NCBI RefSeq assembly: GCF_009914755.1
Contig: NC_060930.1
Origin: the human T2T-CHM13v2.0 reference genome, Homo sapiens
Length of the DNA stretch: 64,000 nucleotides
Strand: one strand, 5' to 3'
The notes under the pieces are model-generated. The model was given only the letters and a program-made list of their open reading frames with translations, was not told the DNA's origin and did no database searches. Each line of letters begins with the position of its first letter. Positions within the stretch are counted from its first letter, which is position 1. Below, piece by piece: positions 62,761 to 64,000 of the stretch. The translations under genes and the position numbers were made by a program.

Positions 62761-63457
62761 CATTTCTTAAAGAAACCCCAACCCCCTTGCCTTTTCCTGC
62801 ACCCTCTTGGGCTGGTCAGATTTCCAGGAAAAAGCCTTCTAGTCACTTGCCTAAAGGGTACAGGTTTGGCTGTCAAATTTCTGACAGCTAATGGGAGAAG
62901 GCTGTTGGTGATTACCAATTCATATTAGTAAGTATAGTCTGTTATTTCCCATTGTGCAGACGTGATAAATATGACCCCAACTGTTTACAGTATCTTCTAG
63001 TCCAGAAATTCTCTTTTTTCTCTCTCTAAAAGTAAACTTTCTGTCAGGATAGGGGTGGGTGTGTTGAGGGAAACAGGAGATTTGAGATTGTACATACGCC
63101 TTTAAAACAAAATTTTTCTTATTTTATCTCAGACCACCAAACTACACCAGAAGTACCTGGTATTGCCTGTTCCTAAACATTTTAGAAATTCTGTGCTGTA
63201 AATTGCACAGCTTCTTGGCTTTCACTGTTACTGGTTTGAGATGATCCTTCTTGGCTAAGCCTTTTCTGCTTTCAAAATTCTATTGTTGTGCTCTGCAGTA
63301 TATTTGTAGGATTATTCTTTATTGAAATTTTTTCTTTAATGTGGTTTCAGGAGAGAGGAAATGTAGATGTATGTTTTCACATTTTAACCCAAAAGATTAT
63401 ATTTTTGTTTTTAAGACTTTAGAAATATGAAATAAAATTTGATCTATTAAAATGATG

Positions 63458-64000
63458 TCTCACCACTCCTATTCAACATAGTATTGGAAGTTCTGGTCAG
63501 GGCAATCTGGCAAGAGAAAGAAATAAAGGTATTCAAATAAAAAGAGAGGAAGTCAAATTGTCTCTGTTGCAGACGACATGATTGTATATTTAGAAAGCCC
63601 CATTATCTCAGCCCCAAATCTCCTTGAGCTGATAAGGAACTTCAGCAAAGTCTCAGGATATAAAATCAATGTGCTAAAATCACAAGCATTCCTATACACC
63701 AATAATAGAGAGCCAAATCATGAGTGAACTCCCACTCACAATTGCTAAAAGGAGAATAAAATACCTAGGAATGCAATTTACAAGGGATGTGAAGGGCCTC
63801 TTCAAGGAGAACTACAAACCACTGCTCAAGGAAATAAGAGAGGACACAAAAAAATGGAAAAGCATTCCACTCTCATAGATAGGAAGAATCAGTGTCATGA
63901 AAATGGCCATATTGCCCAAAGTAATGTATAGATTCAATGCTATCCCCATCAAGCTACAATTGAATTTCTTCACAGAATTAGGAAAAACTATTTTAAATTT
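63458..64000 (+). mobile_element. 5'-truncated L1PA7-like running off the window end
   Basis: TCTCACCACTCCTATTCAACATAG... preceded by TT/AAAATGATG (EN site and probable TSD). Confidence 0.93.

Overview
Mammalian, almost certainly hominoid (human-like), AT-rich genomic DNA; L1PA2/3-type L1s and an AluY support this. Roughly half the window is LINE-1. It holds one full-length L1PA4-6-class element (minus strand, 869-6870, with TSD), one old full-length L1PA13-15-class element, a long L1PA16-class element carrying four nested insertions, and about a dozen truncated L1PA/PB/MA/MB/ME copies. Also present are Alus, a MER11 (HERV-K/HML-8) LTR, MaLR/ERVL LTRs, MER2, L2 and MIR relics. Nearly every ORF in the supplied track is an L1, Alu or LTR fragment or its antisense shadow. 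I recognise no host protein-coding gene, RNA gene or CRISPR array, only a few exon-like candidates. I cannot support a new gene system. The signals worth following are rearrangement fossils. (1) A 2.9-kb block of older repeats and unique DNA splits one MLT1 LTR, with a 9-bp duplication and a poly(A) signal, suggesting orphan transduction or retroposition. (2) Two old Alus 2.9 kb apart share a 113-bp tract of private mutations, suggesting gene conversion. (3) An inverted pair of young L1s shares non-consensus substitutions, and one keeps a 638-codon RT-dead ORF2 fragment open. (4) At least four templated or snap-back repair scars occur, one copied from 1.4 kb away. Subfamily names come from recalled consensus features and need RepeatMasker/Dfam confirmation.
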